Assembly (NCBI GenBank): GCA_902826215.1
Contig: CADEDY010000007.1
Span: 23,045-87,044, forward strand
Length of the DNA: 64,000 nucleotides
Origin: an uncultured Bacteroidota bacterium
GTDB taxonomy: Bacteria > Bacteroidota > Bacteroidia > Flavobacteriales_F > PHOS-HE28
Direction: 5' to 3'
The notes beneath the pieces were generated by a model, which saw only the letters and a program-made list of their open reading frames with translations, made no database searches and was not told where the DNA came from. The translations under genes were made by a program, and so were the position numbers. Every line of letters starts with the position of its first letter. The first letter of the stretch is position 1. This document shows, piece by piece, positions 39,494-52,091 of this stretch.

Positions 39494-40269
39494 TGGGACT
39501 CGAAGAGGAATCCTTCTTGACCGATGCACCATTGCGATCGGGTGTTCGCATCCTCAGCGATGCAGTTCCGTTCGAGGTCCTGTACGAAAGAGCGCGCTCG
39601 GCGGAAAGGAGGATCCTGACCGATGAGCAGGTTGCTCAACTGCCGGATGGTTCAGGTTTGTGGAACGCGGAAGAGTGGCGGATCCGTGCCCGCAGTGCTG
39701 GTCGACTGCTTCATGAACTGCGCGCATTCGAACCCGTAGCGCGCATTCTGGAAGTAGGCTGCGGAAATGGTTGGCTGTCCGCCAAGCTGCAGCGCGAAGG
39801 GTACGACGTTCTCGGGATCGACGCGTTCACCGCCGAACTTGAGCAAGCCGCTCGTGTCTTCAACGAGGGTCCCCAGTTCGCCCGTGCGGATCTTTTCCAT
39901 TCCGCCTTGCCCAAGGCGTTCTTCGATGTGATCGTCTTCGCTGCCAGTTTCCAGTATTTCCCCGATGCGGCCGAGGCCTTGGAGCATGCACGCAGCATGC
40001 TGCGATCGAACGGCGAGATCCATGTGATCGACACCATACTGTATCGTTCACCGGTTGAAGCCGCGGCGGCAACCGAGCGCAGCAGGAACTACTACGCAGG
40101 CATCGGCGTTCCGGAGATGACCGACCACTATCACGCCCACACCTTGGCCGAACTGAAGGAAATCGGGCACCTGCGTGTGCTCTCGGCTCCTTCCGGAATG
40201 GACCGTACGTTGCGCCGTTTCGGTCGAGAGGCCTCGCCGTTCACGCACGTGGTGATCACCGCTCAATAG
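39493..40269 (+). CDS. Class I SAM-dependent methyltransferase (second)
   Basis: 258 aa from the ATG at 39493 (TGATG overlap; the track uses the GTG at 39490). Motif I ILEVGCGNGWLS and VLGID. Confidence 0.8.
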   Translation: MGLEEESFLTDAPLRSGVRILSDAVPFEVLYERARSAERRILTDEQVAQLPDGSGLWNAEEWRIRARSAGRLLHELRAFEPVARILEVGCGNGWLSAKLQREGYDVLGIDAFTAELEQAARVFNEGPQFARADLFHSALPKAFFDVIVFAASFQYFPDAAEALEHARSMLRSNGEIHVIDTILYRSPVEAAAATERSRNYYAGIGVPEMTDHYHAHTLAELKEIGHLRVLSAPSGMDRTLRRFGREASPFTHVVITAQ

Positions 40270-40874
40270 GCCGCACGGGCCACCGTGACCTTGCCGCCTG
40301 GCGTGCGATGGCCTTCCGGATAGAAGGCACCGACCTTTACTTTGGCCTCGATCAGGAACTGGGTGATGTCGAAGGATGGCCGCTGATCGGTGGCTCGTAG
40401 CACAAGCTCTGCGGTGGCCTCTGCATCGTTACCCGCCCTGTGATGCTTCAACGGAATGCCATGCATGTCGCACATGGGCTTCAACCCGTATGAGGTTCTC
40501 CCCGGCCACACCTTGCGGGCCATGCTCACACTGCAGAAGTACTGGAATGTGGGGTGCTTGAACCCATGCACGGCCAACGTACTGCGCAACACGCTCATGT
40601 CGAACGCGGCGTTGTGGGCGACCACCGTGGATCCATCCAAGAGCTCCGCAACCTCCTCCCAGATCCCCTCCCATCGCGGTGCTTCGGCAACATCCTCCGG
40701 ACGAATGCCATGAACCGCCACGTTCCATGGATTGAAATACGGCCACTGGCGCGGCTTGATCAACCAGTTACGCACCTCACGCACCACGCCACCACGCACC
40801 ACGGCGATGCCCAATTCACAAGGGCTGTCGGCTTGGGCCGTGGCGGTTTCGAAATCGAGGGCGAGGAATTCCAT
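40263..40874 (-). CDS. DEDDh 3'-5' exonuclease (DnaQ/epsilon-like, stand-alone)
   Basis: 203 aa. ExoI LALDFETA, ExoII VAHNAAFD, ExoIII HRAGNDAEA. Confidence 0.85.
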   Translation of the reverse strand: MEFLALDFETATAQADSPCELGIAVVRGGVVREVRNWLIKPRQWPYFNPWNVAVHGIRPEDVAEAPRWEGIWEEVAELLDGSTVVAHNAAFDMSVLRSTLAVHGFKHPTFQYFCSVSMARKVWPGRTSYGLKPMCDMHGIPLKHHRAGNDAEATAELVLRATDQRPSFDITQFLIEAKVKVGAFYPEGHRTPGGKVTVARAAY

Positions 40875-41006
40875 GAGGTTGGGCTAAAGTAGCCACTGTT
40901 CCGATGGTCGCTTATCGTATGCTACCGAGATGTGAAACAGGCAGGTTCTAGAAATATGCCAGTGATGAGAACCGTGCCCCACCGAACCTCCAGTGGTGCA
41001 CGTTGA

Positions 41007-41393
41007 TCAAGACGCTGACGAACCCCTTGAACGCCCCTTCAACACGAAGCCCTGAGCGATCATGCCGATTCCCACGAGAATTGCGCCGTACATCAACACA
41101 TAGGGACCACCACCAGCGTTCAGCGCCCTATGGAACGTGGAGACGGTGATGCCGACCCCGATCAGGACGAAGACAGCCCCTCCTATCAGGAGGAACTTCG
41201 CGTTGTTGCTCGCGGCAGCCGCCTCGAAGGTCTTTTTCTGTGAACGGTCGATCATAGAAATGAACGAACGAACCTCTGTTTCTGGGTATCCGAGATCTTG
41301 GAACTCCTTTCGAATGGAGGACATGTCCCTACCCATCAAACGCTCCTTCGTGAGCCGATCGACGTCCTTGAATGGATCGCGTTCCGTCCCCAT
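41007..41393 (-). CDS. Hypothetical membrane protein
   Basis: 128 aa. Soluble N-terminal half followed by two predicted TM helices. Confidence 0.5.
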   Translation of the reverse strand: MGTERDPFKDVDRLTKERLMGRDMSSIRKEFQDLGYPETEVRSFISMIDRSQKKTFEAAAASNNAKFLLIGGAVFVLIGVGITVSTFHRALNAGGGPYVLMYGAILVGIGMIAQGFVLKGRSRGSSAS

Positions 41394-41397
41394 CGGA

Positions 41398-42291
41398 TCA
41401 GAGCTTCACCACCTCCGCATCCGCCAAGGCTTGATACAGCCTCTTCGCCGTGCCTTCGCCGATGTTGACGAGCGGAAGCCGCATGGTGTCGTCGCAGATG
41501 CCGATCACCTTCAGCACATGCTTGATACCACCGGGATTGCCTTCTGCGAAGAGCAAGTCGATGACCTCCAACAAGCGCAGGTGTTCTCTTTGCGCCGTTG
41601 CCAGATCACCTTTCAGCGCTGCATGGACCAAGGCACCGAATTCATTCGGTAACGCGTTCCCGACCACACTGATGACGCCTTCGCCGCCCATGGCGATGAT
41701 CGGCAAGGTGAGGGCATCATCGCCGGAGATCAGCATGAAGTCCTTGGGGCGATGCTTGAGGATGCGGCCCATTTGATCGAGGTTGGCGCTGGCCTCCTTG
41801 ATGGCGATGATGTTCTTGAAGTCGCGCGCGAGCCGAAGTGTGGTATCCGCCGACATGTTGCTGCCGGTCCGACCCGGAACATTGTACAGGATGATGGGGC
41901 GCAGGCTGACCTGAGCGATCGCCTTGTAGTGCTGGTAAATGCCCTCTTGCGTGGGCTTGTTGTAGTACGGGCTTACACTGAGGATGGCGTCCACACCATC
42001 CATCTCGAAATTGCCGAAGGTCTCGACGACCTCTGCCGTACTGTTGCCACCAATGCCCAACACCACAGGCACGCGGTTGCGCACCAATTCGATGGTCGTG
42101 GCCAGCAGTTGCTTCTTCTCGTCCTTGGTGAGCGTAACGCTCTCACCCGTGGTGCCCATGCTCACCACATAGTCCACCCCGCCAGTGATCTGGTGTTCGA
42201 GCAGTTTCTCCAATCCGGCGTAATCAATAGCGCCGTTGGGTCGAAAGGGAGTTACCAATGCGACACCGAGGCCGCGAAAACGATCGTCCAT
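41398..42291 (-). CDS. dapA: 4-hydroxy-tetrahydrodipicolinate synthase
   Basis: 297 aa. GVALVTPF...GVDYVVSMGTTGES and full-length DapA collinearity. Confidence 0.95.
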   Translation of the reverse strand: MDDRFRGLGVALVTPFRPNGAIDYAGLEKLLEHQITGGVDYVVSMGTTGESVTLTKDEKKQLLATTIELVRNRVPVVLGIGGNSTAEVVETFGNFEMDGVDAILSVSPYYNKPTQEGIYQHYKAIAQVSLRPIILYNVPGRTGSNMSADTTLRLARDFKNIIAIKEASANLDQMGRILKHRPKDFMLISGDDALTLPIIAMGGEGVISVVGNALPNEFGALVHAALKGDLATAQREHLRLLEVIDLLFAEGNPGGIKHVLKVIGICDDTMRLPLVNIGEGTAKRLYQALADAEVVKL

Positions 42292-42319
42292 GTTGCAACC
42301 GCTGAGCGGGATTGAGGGT

Positions 42320-45540
<3,221 letters not shown>

Positions 45541-45544
<4 letters not shown>

Positions 45545-46398
45545 CGATGGGCGCGGATGAATCGTGATGAGCCACTGAGGTCGCGTAGAACGGAGACATC
45601 CTTGTAACCGAGCTCGCGCAACATGGATCCCACCGCATCGGCGTACAGGTGATGGCCCTCGAACCACAACGCTCCTCCCGGAAGAAGTGCAGACCTACCA
45701 AGCTCTCCGATCCTACGATAGAACAGCAATGGATCACGGTCGTCAACGAACAAGGCCACGTGCGGCTCATGATCCCGGACATGCGATGCAAGCGAATCCG
45801 CTTCTGCATTCGGGATGTAGGGCGGATTGCTCACGATGAGATCCAGGTCGGATGGAAGTTCTACCTCAGGGTGCAGCACGTCGCGTTCCCACCAATGAAC
45901 GTCAACGCCGACCTGCTTTGCGTTCGCATTCGCTACGCGCAATGCGCCTTCCGAAATGTCCACTCCATACACCTCGGCATGCTGCCATTGCCGCTTCAAA
46001 GCGATGGCGATGCAACCACTTCCGGTGCCGATGTCGAGGACGCGCTTCGGCTGGAACCTGTCCTTACAAATAGCATCGACCAATTCCTCGGTCTCGGGCC
46101 TCGGGATCAGAACCTCGGGGCTTACTTGGAGACGCATCCCCATGAACCAAGCATGGCCCAGTGCGTACTGCATCGGTTCTCCTTTCCGCAAACGCTTCAA
46201 CGGTCCGTTCACCTTCAACCATTCCGATTCGCTGAGCCCTTGCGTACGGCGGTCCTCCAACTGCGCTACATCCCAGCCGAAGGCATCCTGGAACACAGCT
46301 CGGGTTATCGCTCGGGCTTCCTCCACACCGAAGCGCTCGTTCAATGTCGACCGATACAGGTCGATCATGGATCCTACCGTATTATTTGCAGTTCGCAT
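45541..46398 (-). CDS. prmC: Release-factor glutamine N5-methyltransferase
   Basis: About 285 aa from the internal ATG. VLDIGTGSGCIA motif I and IVSNPPYI motif IV. The track start at 46755 overlaps ribD and is over-extended. Confidence 0.85.
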
Positions 46399-46478
46399 TA
46401 CGTGCGCTATGCTTCGGCGCGCGAGGTGGCAAAAGTAGCCGGTACCATTCAGCGGATCGTGCACCTTTGCGCCTGACC

Positions 46479-47579
46479 ATGGACAAGGCCATCTCCGCTC
46501 TCGACCACGCTGTGTGGATGCGACGCTGCTTGGAACTGGCCGTCCTTGGCCGGAACCGAGTAGCCCCGAATCCGATGGTGGGCGCTGTCCTGGTCCAGAA
46601 AGGAAATGTGCTGGCTGAAGGTTGGCACCAGTTGGTTGGTGGCCCGCACGCGGAGGTGAACTGCTTGAATGCCTTCGGCGAAGGCCCCGTTCCTGAGGAC
46701 GCGATCCTGTACGTGAACTTGGAACCATGCTCGCACCATGGACGAACGCCGCCATGTGCCGAAATGCTGATCCGTCGCGAAGTACGAACAGTGGTCGTTG
46801 GGCAATGGGATCCCTTCCCTGCTGTGAGCGGGCGAGGAATTGCTCTTTTGCAAGAAGCCGGCATCAAGGTTACGGTTGGTGTTGAGGAAGATGCTTGCAC
46901 TTGGCTCCAGCGCCGATTCCTGACGTCCGTGAAAGCGGCTCGACCGTATGTTATCTTGAAGTGGGCCCGATCCCGAGATGGTTTCTTGGATCAGCATCCT
47001 CGAACGGAACGAAGTGTCCAGCGGATAAGTTCAGCAGGAACGGACGTACTCGTGCATGCGTGGCGAAGTGCCGAGCAAGCGATCCTCGTAGGAAGCAGAA
47101 CCGTGCTGAATGACGACCCGTCACTCACCGTTCGCCATGTGGATGGAAGACAGCCGCTTCGCATCGTGATCGATCGTAAGGGCATCACTCCTGCATCGAG
47201 TAAGATGTTCACATCCGGTGATCAGACGCTCCTATTAACGGACCAGAAGCGTAACAACATCGCGGCCGATCAACACATCCTTTCACCCGGTGTGGACCCG
47301 ATCGAACAACTTTTCAGGCTCGCTAACGAGCGATCCATTCGTTCCATCCTTGTTGAAGGGGGTGCCGAACTGCTTGGTCATTTCCTGCAAAGCGGTCGAT
47401 GGGATGAAGCACGGGAGATCACCAGTGAGGCGATCTTCCATCGCGGAACCTCTGCACCGACATTGGATCACCTAGCAGCGGTATCATTGAATAGTGGTAC
47501 GGACCATATTGCACTCTACATCAACGCAGAAGCTCCGATCGCAGGCTCGATCGGCATCGACCCCGCATGGCCTTGGTGA
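46479..47579 (+). CDS. ribD: Bifunctional riboflavin biosynthesis deaminase/reductase
   Basis: 366 aa from the internal ATG. Deaminase zinc motifs HAEVNCL and LEPCSHHGRTPPC. C-terminal reductase domain. Confidence 0.9.
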   Translation: MDKAISALDHAVWMRRCLELAVLGRNRVAPNPMVGAVLVQKGNVLAEGWHQLVGGPHAEVNCLNAFGEGPVPEDAILYVNLEPCSHHGRTPPCAEMLIRREVRTVVVGQWDPFPAVSGRGIALLQEAGIKVTVGVEEDACTWLQRRFLTSVKAARPYVILKWARSRDGFLDQHPRTERSVQRISSAGTDVLVHAWRSAEQAILVGSRTVLNDDPSLTVRHVDGRQPLRIVIDRKGITPASSKMFTSGDQTLLLTDQKRNNIAADQHILSPGVDPIEQLFRLANERSIRSILVEGGAELLGHFLQSGRWDEAREITSEAIFHRGTSAPTLDHLAAVSLNSGTDHIALYINAEAPIAGSIGIDPAWPW

Positions 47580-48418
47580 TCCTCGCCGCAGCCTTGCAGG
47601 CCCTCCTGTTCTTGTTGTTCCGATCATTCGAGGAACGACGCATTCCTTTGATGCCTGCGATCGCGGTGAATTACGTGGTCGCCACGCTGTTCGGGGTGTT
47701 GATCGCACCGCCGTGGCTCGCAGGGCCGTTGGGTGCACTCTGGCTTCCGAGCGCAGGCGTGGGCATCCTCTTCGTGTTGATCTTCTTTCTAACAGGCATC
47801 ACGGCACAACGCGATGGTGTTGCGGCCAGCACCGTTGCGAGCAAGATGAGCGTTGTCCTCACCGTGCTCTTCTCCGTTCTGGTGCACCACGAGATCCCGG
47901 GGATCCTTGGATGGACCGGATTGATGTTCGCCGTCAGTGGCGTGGTTCTCGCTTCGTGGGCCGAACGCGGAACAGGTATAGGTAAGCTATCATGGTTCCC
48001 TTTGGTACTCTTCATCGGTACGGCATGCATTGACGTATCGCTCAACGTGGTCCAACGCAATATGCTCAATGCCGGTACCCATGCTGTGTTCCCAACGATG
48101 TGTACAGCCTTTGCGGGCGCCCTTGCCTTCGCCATTGTTGTCGCACGCGGATCCGCGTCTTCTCTAGCGCGAGCCAACGTTTGGTTTGGCGGCGGCGTGC
48201 TTGGCCTGTTGAACTACGCGACCTTGTATTTCGTTGTGCAAGCGCTTGCGAACAGTGGCATGCAAGCAAGCATCGTGTTCCCGCTGATCAGCGTAGGTGT
48301 GATCCTACTCGGCACGTTGGGATCGATGGTGCTCTTCCGAGAACGGCTCACGCGCACCCGCACCGTGGGCATCGGTTTCGCCGTGATCGCGGTCACGCTT
48401 CTGATCCTCGCACATTGA
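47567..48418 (+). CDS. DMT/EamA-like superfamily transporter
   Basis: 283 aa with about 10 hydrophobic helices and two-fold internal symmetry. Confidence 0.7.
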   Translation: MALVILAAALQALLFLLFRSFEERRIPLMPAIAVNYVVATLFGVLIAPPWLAGPLGALWLPSAGVGILFVLIFFLTGITAQRDGVAASTVASKMSVVLTVLFSVLVHHEIPGILGWTGLMFAVSGVVLASWAERGTGIGKLSWFPLVLFIGTACIDVSLNVVQRNMLNAGTHAVFPTMCTAFAGALAFAIVVARGSASSLARANVWFGGGVLGLLNYATLYFVVQALANSGMQASIVFPLISVGVILLGTLGSMVLFRERLTRTRTVGIGFAVIAVTLLILAH

Positions 48419-49017
48419 TGGCTGTAGAACGCTATCGCACCTTGTCGTCGAACGGAGAAGGGATCTACCGCGAATTGGCAAGCAAGTTCATCGGCACCGC
48501 GGCACCTATTGCGGATGAACAAGCGTTCAAACACCTCCTCGACGGGATCATGCGCGATCACCCTTCCGCTCGCCATTTCTGCTACGGCTGGGTGCTCGGA
48601 GACGCGTGCGATCGGTATCGCGCGAACGACGATGGCGAGCCAGCGAGCACCGCTGGAAAGCCCATTCTGCGACAGATCCAGAACAACCACCTCACCTATA
48701 CAGCAGTTATTGTGGTCCGCTATTTCGGTGGCACCCTGCTCGGCAAACCGGGATTGATCCATGCCTATGGTGAAGCCGCTCGCCTGGCACTTCACGTCGC
48801 GCCAGTGGTCGAACATGTGGTGATGGAAGCATGCAGCGTCACGTGCGGATACGATCGCTTCGATGTGGTGAAGTCCGATGTACATTCCGCCGGAGGAAGG
48901 ATCATCGAAAGCACGTTCACGGAACACTGCAACGCGCGCATCGAGTTGCCCATCGGGGTGATCGAGGCACTTACACCCAAGTGGCTCCTGGCCGGAGTGC
49001 TTATCGAGGATCAGTGA
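48418..49017 (+). CDS. YigZ/IMPACT family protein
   Basis: 199 aa from the ATG overlapping the upstream TGA. ..SARHFCYGWVLG.....NDDGEPASTAGKPIL.. is the UPF0029 signature. Confidence 0.8.
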   Translation: MAVERYRTLSSNGEGIYRELASKFIGTAAPIADEQAFKHLLDGIMRDHPSARHFCYGWVLGDACDRYRANDDGEPASTAGKPILRQIQNNHLTYTAVIVVRYFGGTLLGKPGLIHAYGEAARLALHVAPVVEHVVMEACSVTCGYDRFDVVKSDVHSAGGRIIESTFTEHCNARIELPIGVIEALTPKWLLAGVLIEDQ

Positions 49018-49424
49018 TGACTGAACCGTGCGCTGAGCGCGACGATCAGTGCTTCAGGTGCGCGACAAGGACGCATGCTCACACGGTCCACGAACACCAA
49101 GGTCGTTGATGCTTCACACAGCAGCGTACCAGCCTCGTTCCGGATCTCGTAGTCGAACACGATGCGTGCGGTGGGAAGCGACCGGATGATCGTACGCACT
49201 GTCAGAAGATCATCGTATCGTGCTGGTTGGTGGTACGTGATGCGCAGCTCTCGCACGGGCAACATCACTCCTTCCTCTTCCAAGCGACGGTACGCGAAAC
49301 CCAAGCTGCGCAAGGATTCTACGCGTCCAACCTCCAAGAACTCGGCGTAGTCACCATAATACACATAGCCCATCTGGTCGGTCTCGCCGTAGCGGACACG
49401 CAGTTCGGTATCGAAGTGGAACAT
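49011..49424 (-). CDS. YbgC/4HBT-family acyl-CoA thioesterase
   Basis: 137 aa from the internal ATG. FDTELRVRYGETDQMGYVYYGDY hotdog-fold motif. Confidence 0.8.
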   Translation of the reverse strand: MFHFDTELRVRYGETDQMGYVYYGDYAEFLEVGRVESLRSLGFAYRRLEEEGVMLPVRELRITYHQPARYDDLLTVRTIIRSLPTARIVFDYEIRNEAGTLLCEASTTLVFVDRVSMRPCRAPEALIVALSARFSHH

Positions 49425-49823
49425 GGCGCAAAAGGTAATCGAGAAGCGCACCATGACGATGCTCTTTCCACCTTGCATCCGCCTCCATCATGACGTACCT
49501 TTCACGACTCTTTCATTCGCCTTCCATGGACATGTCGACGCAACCTCGGAACATTGATGGACCGTGCACTTCGGGCATGCCTGTTCAACGCACGCACGAT
49601 TTCGACCGATCTTCGCAAAGCCACGTCCGGCAAGGGTTCCCGTTGACCGGTCACGCAGGGAAAGCCGAAGTGAAATTTTCCTTTCCTGCAAGTGTCCCCG
49701 ACTTTTGTTTTTCACTTTCTTCGATCCATATTTGCCCCCTTGCCCAACGGAAATTATGATACGCTCTGAAAGCCTTGCGGCAAGACCAACCACCGGTACC
49801 ACCCCTAACTCGCTGACCCATCC

Positions 49824-51254
49824 ATGAAGAAGGACCACGAGAAGATCTGGGATCGGTGCCTGGAAGTGATCAAGGACAACGTAAGCCAGCAAAGCTTCAA
49901 GACCTGGTTCGACCCGATCAAGGCCTTGCGTTTGCAGGATCATGTGCTGACCATCCAGGTGCCGTCGCAATTCTTCTACGAATGGCTGGAGGAACATTAC
50001 ATCGGCCTCCTCAAGAAGATCATCAAAAAGGAATTGGGTAATGAAGGGCGTCTGGAGTACTCCATTATCATGGAGAACGGCTTCCAGAATGCCAACCCGT
50101 ACACCGTGAAGATGCCTACGAGCCATGCTCGTGAAGTGAAGAACCCTGCAGTTTCCCTTCCGATCGATGTGGCCAATAGCCCCATCAAGAATCCGTTCAT
50201 CATTCCCGGCCTTCGCAAGATCAAGGTCGAGAGCCACCTCAACGCCAACTATTCCTTCGACACGTTCATCGAGGGGGATTGCAACCGATTGGGCCGCAGT
50301 GCGGGTTATGCCGTGGCGCAGAAGCCCGGTGGTACCGCCTTCAATCCGTTGCTGATCTACGGTGGTGTTGGACTTGGTAAGACGCACTTGGCCCATGCCA
50401 TCGGCATCGAGATCAAGAAGAACCATCCGGACAAGACGATCCTGTATGTGCCTGCCGAGAAGTTCACCCAGCAATTCATCGAGGCGGTGAAGAACAACAC
50501 CGTTGGCGACTTCACGCAGTTCTATCAGATGATGGACGTGTTGTTGATCGACGATGTGCAGTTCCTCGCTGGCAAGGAGAAGACGCAGGATGTATTCTTC
50601 CACGTGTTCAACGCTCTGCACCAAGCGGGCAAACAACTGGTGATCACCAGCGATAAGGCGCCTGTGGAAATGGCCGGTATGGAGCAACGCCTCCTCTCCC
50701 GCTTCAAGTGGGGATTGAGCGCTGATCTACAAACGCCCGGTCTGGAGACGCGTATCGCGATCCTCGAGAAGAAGATGTACGCCGAAGGCATCGATCTGCC
50801 CAAAGAAGTGGTCGAGTACTTGGCGTATAGCATCACCACCAACATCCGCGAACTTGAAGGCGCCATGATCAGCTTGATCGCGCAGAGTTCGTTGAACAAG
50901 AAGGCCGTCACGCTCGATCTCGCGAAGCAGATGATCGATAAGTTCGTGAAGAACACGGCGCGCGAGGTGAGCATCGACTACATCCAGAAAGTGGTGTGCG
51001 ATTACTTCGACCTGCCGATCGAACTTTTGAAGAGCAAGACCCGCAAACGCGAAGTGGTGCAGGCCCGTCAGATCGCGATGTACTTCGCGAAGAAGATGAC
51101 CAAGAGTTCACTCGCGAACATCGGCGCACACTGCGGTGGCAAGGACCACGCGACCGTATTGCACGCTTGCCGCACGGTGAACAACCTGCAAGAGACGGAC
51201 AAGCAGTTCCGCGGCTACCTCGAAGACCTCGAGAAGAAGCTCAGCATCCACTGA
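49824..51254 (+). CDS. dnaA: Chromosomal replication initiator protein
   Basis: 476 aa. Walker A GGVGLGKTHL, Walker B LLIDDVQFL, C-terminal DNA-binding signature GGKDHATVLHACR. Confidence 0.97.
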   Translation: MKKDHEKIWDRCLEVIKDNVSQQSFKTWFDPIKALRLQDHVLTIQVPSQFFYEWLEEHYIGLLKKIIKKELGNEGRLEYSIIMENGFQNANPYTVKMPTSHAREVKNPAVSLPIDVANSPIKNPFIIPGLRKIKVESHLNANYSFDTFIEGDCNRLGRSAGYAVAQKPGGTAFNPLLIYGGVGLGKTHLAHAIGIEIKKNHPDKTILYVPAEKFTQQFIEAVKNNTVGDFTQFYQMMDVLLIDDVQFLAGKEKTQDVFFHVFNALHQAGKQLVITSDKAPVEMAGMEQRLLSRFKWGLSADLQTPGLETRIAILEKKMYAEGIDLPKEVVEYLAYSITTNIRELEGAMISLIAQSSLNKKAVTLDLAKQMIDKFVKNTAREVSIDYIQKVVCDYFDLPIELLKSKTRKREVVQARQIAMYFAKKMTKSSLANIGAHCGGKDHATVLHACRTVNNLQETDKQFRGYLEDLEKKLSIH

Positions 51255-51277
51255 TACGTTAGACACTCCCATTGAAA

Positions 51278-51304
51278 GGCCTCCGATATCCGGGGGCCTT
51301 TTTC
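51278..51304 (+). terminator. Rho-independent terminator of dnaA
   Basis: GGCCTCCG-atatc-CGGGGGCC (8-bp stem with one G-U pair) followed by TTTTTC, 24 nt after the stop. Confidence 0.6.
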
Positions 51305-51632
51305 ATTTCCAATACTCTGTCTCGCTCACATTCGCTCACTCTCGCAACGTGTGCCTATCATTGGTAGTTAGTTCGTCAGAAATTCCTCGGAAATCCGGCT
51401 CATCACGGATCACCCCTACGCACAATACGCGAACACCCCTGTTTGGGAGTGTTTGAACGAAGCCCTCAAAGAGCTCGTTGAGAACGGTGATCTCAAACTG
51501 CAGACCCGTGAAGAGTACGTGACCGGCTTTTTGTGTCACAAACTATCCTTATCAAAACGCCCCTCTTCATCAACGAAGAAACCAGATACTGGGAAATAGA
51601 AGTACTCATCCTTCAATCCTCATCTTCGCCCC

Positions 51633-52091
51633 ATGAAGATCCTCCTCGTCTGCCTCGGAAACATCTGCCGCTCGCCCATGGCCGAAGGCATCCTGCGCGA
51701 CATGATCCAGAAACAAGGCCTGGCACATACCACCGATTCAGCCGGCACCGGTGACTACCATGTGGGAGAAGCCCCGGATGAGCGTGCGGTCCGCAGCATG
51801 CGTTCTCACGACATCGACATCAGCGATCTACGCGCACGCCAGATCCGCCCGAGCGACTTCCATGACTTCGATCTGCTCCTTGCCATGGACGCGAGCAACC
51901 TGAAGAACATGTTGGCCATTGCACCGAACGAAGGGTCCAAGAAGAAAGCACGGTTGATGATGGACCACGCGCCCGCACGTGCCTTGCGCGAAGTGCCAGA
52001 CCCCTACTTCGGTGGCGACGAGGGCTTCGAACAGGTGTACCGGATGCTGACGGAAGCGTGCAACAATTTGCTGAATGATGAAACGCGCTGA
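51633..52091 (+). CDS. Low-molecular-weight protein tyrosine phosphatase
   Basis: 152 aa. P-loop VCLGNICRSPMAE (CX5R-S). Confidence 0.9.
   Translation: MKILLVCLGNICRSPMAEGILRDMIQKQGLAHTTDSAGTGDYHVGEAPDERAVRSMRSHDIDISDLRARQIRPSDFHDFDLLLAMDASNLKNMLAIAPNEGSKKKARLMMDHAPARALREVPDPYFGGDEGFEQVYRMLTEACNNLLNDETR

Noticed and set aside
46399-46478. FMN riboswitch upstream of ribD
   Set aside because: The spacer is only about 80 nt and is shared with the divergent prmC start, which is too short for an RFN element. ribH also has no leader.
49425-49823. Possible oriC in the 399-bp gap upstream of dnaA
   Set aside because: I found no 9/9 or 8/9 TTATCCACA box and no marked AT-rich unwinding element. There are only weak TTTCAC/GTGAAA repeats (about 49509, 49670 and 49709). 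This is not enough to call an origin, and a genome-wide skew analysis would be needed.
49488-50687. 399-aa minus-strand ORF
   Set aside because: It is antisense to dnaA.
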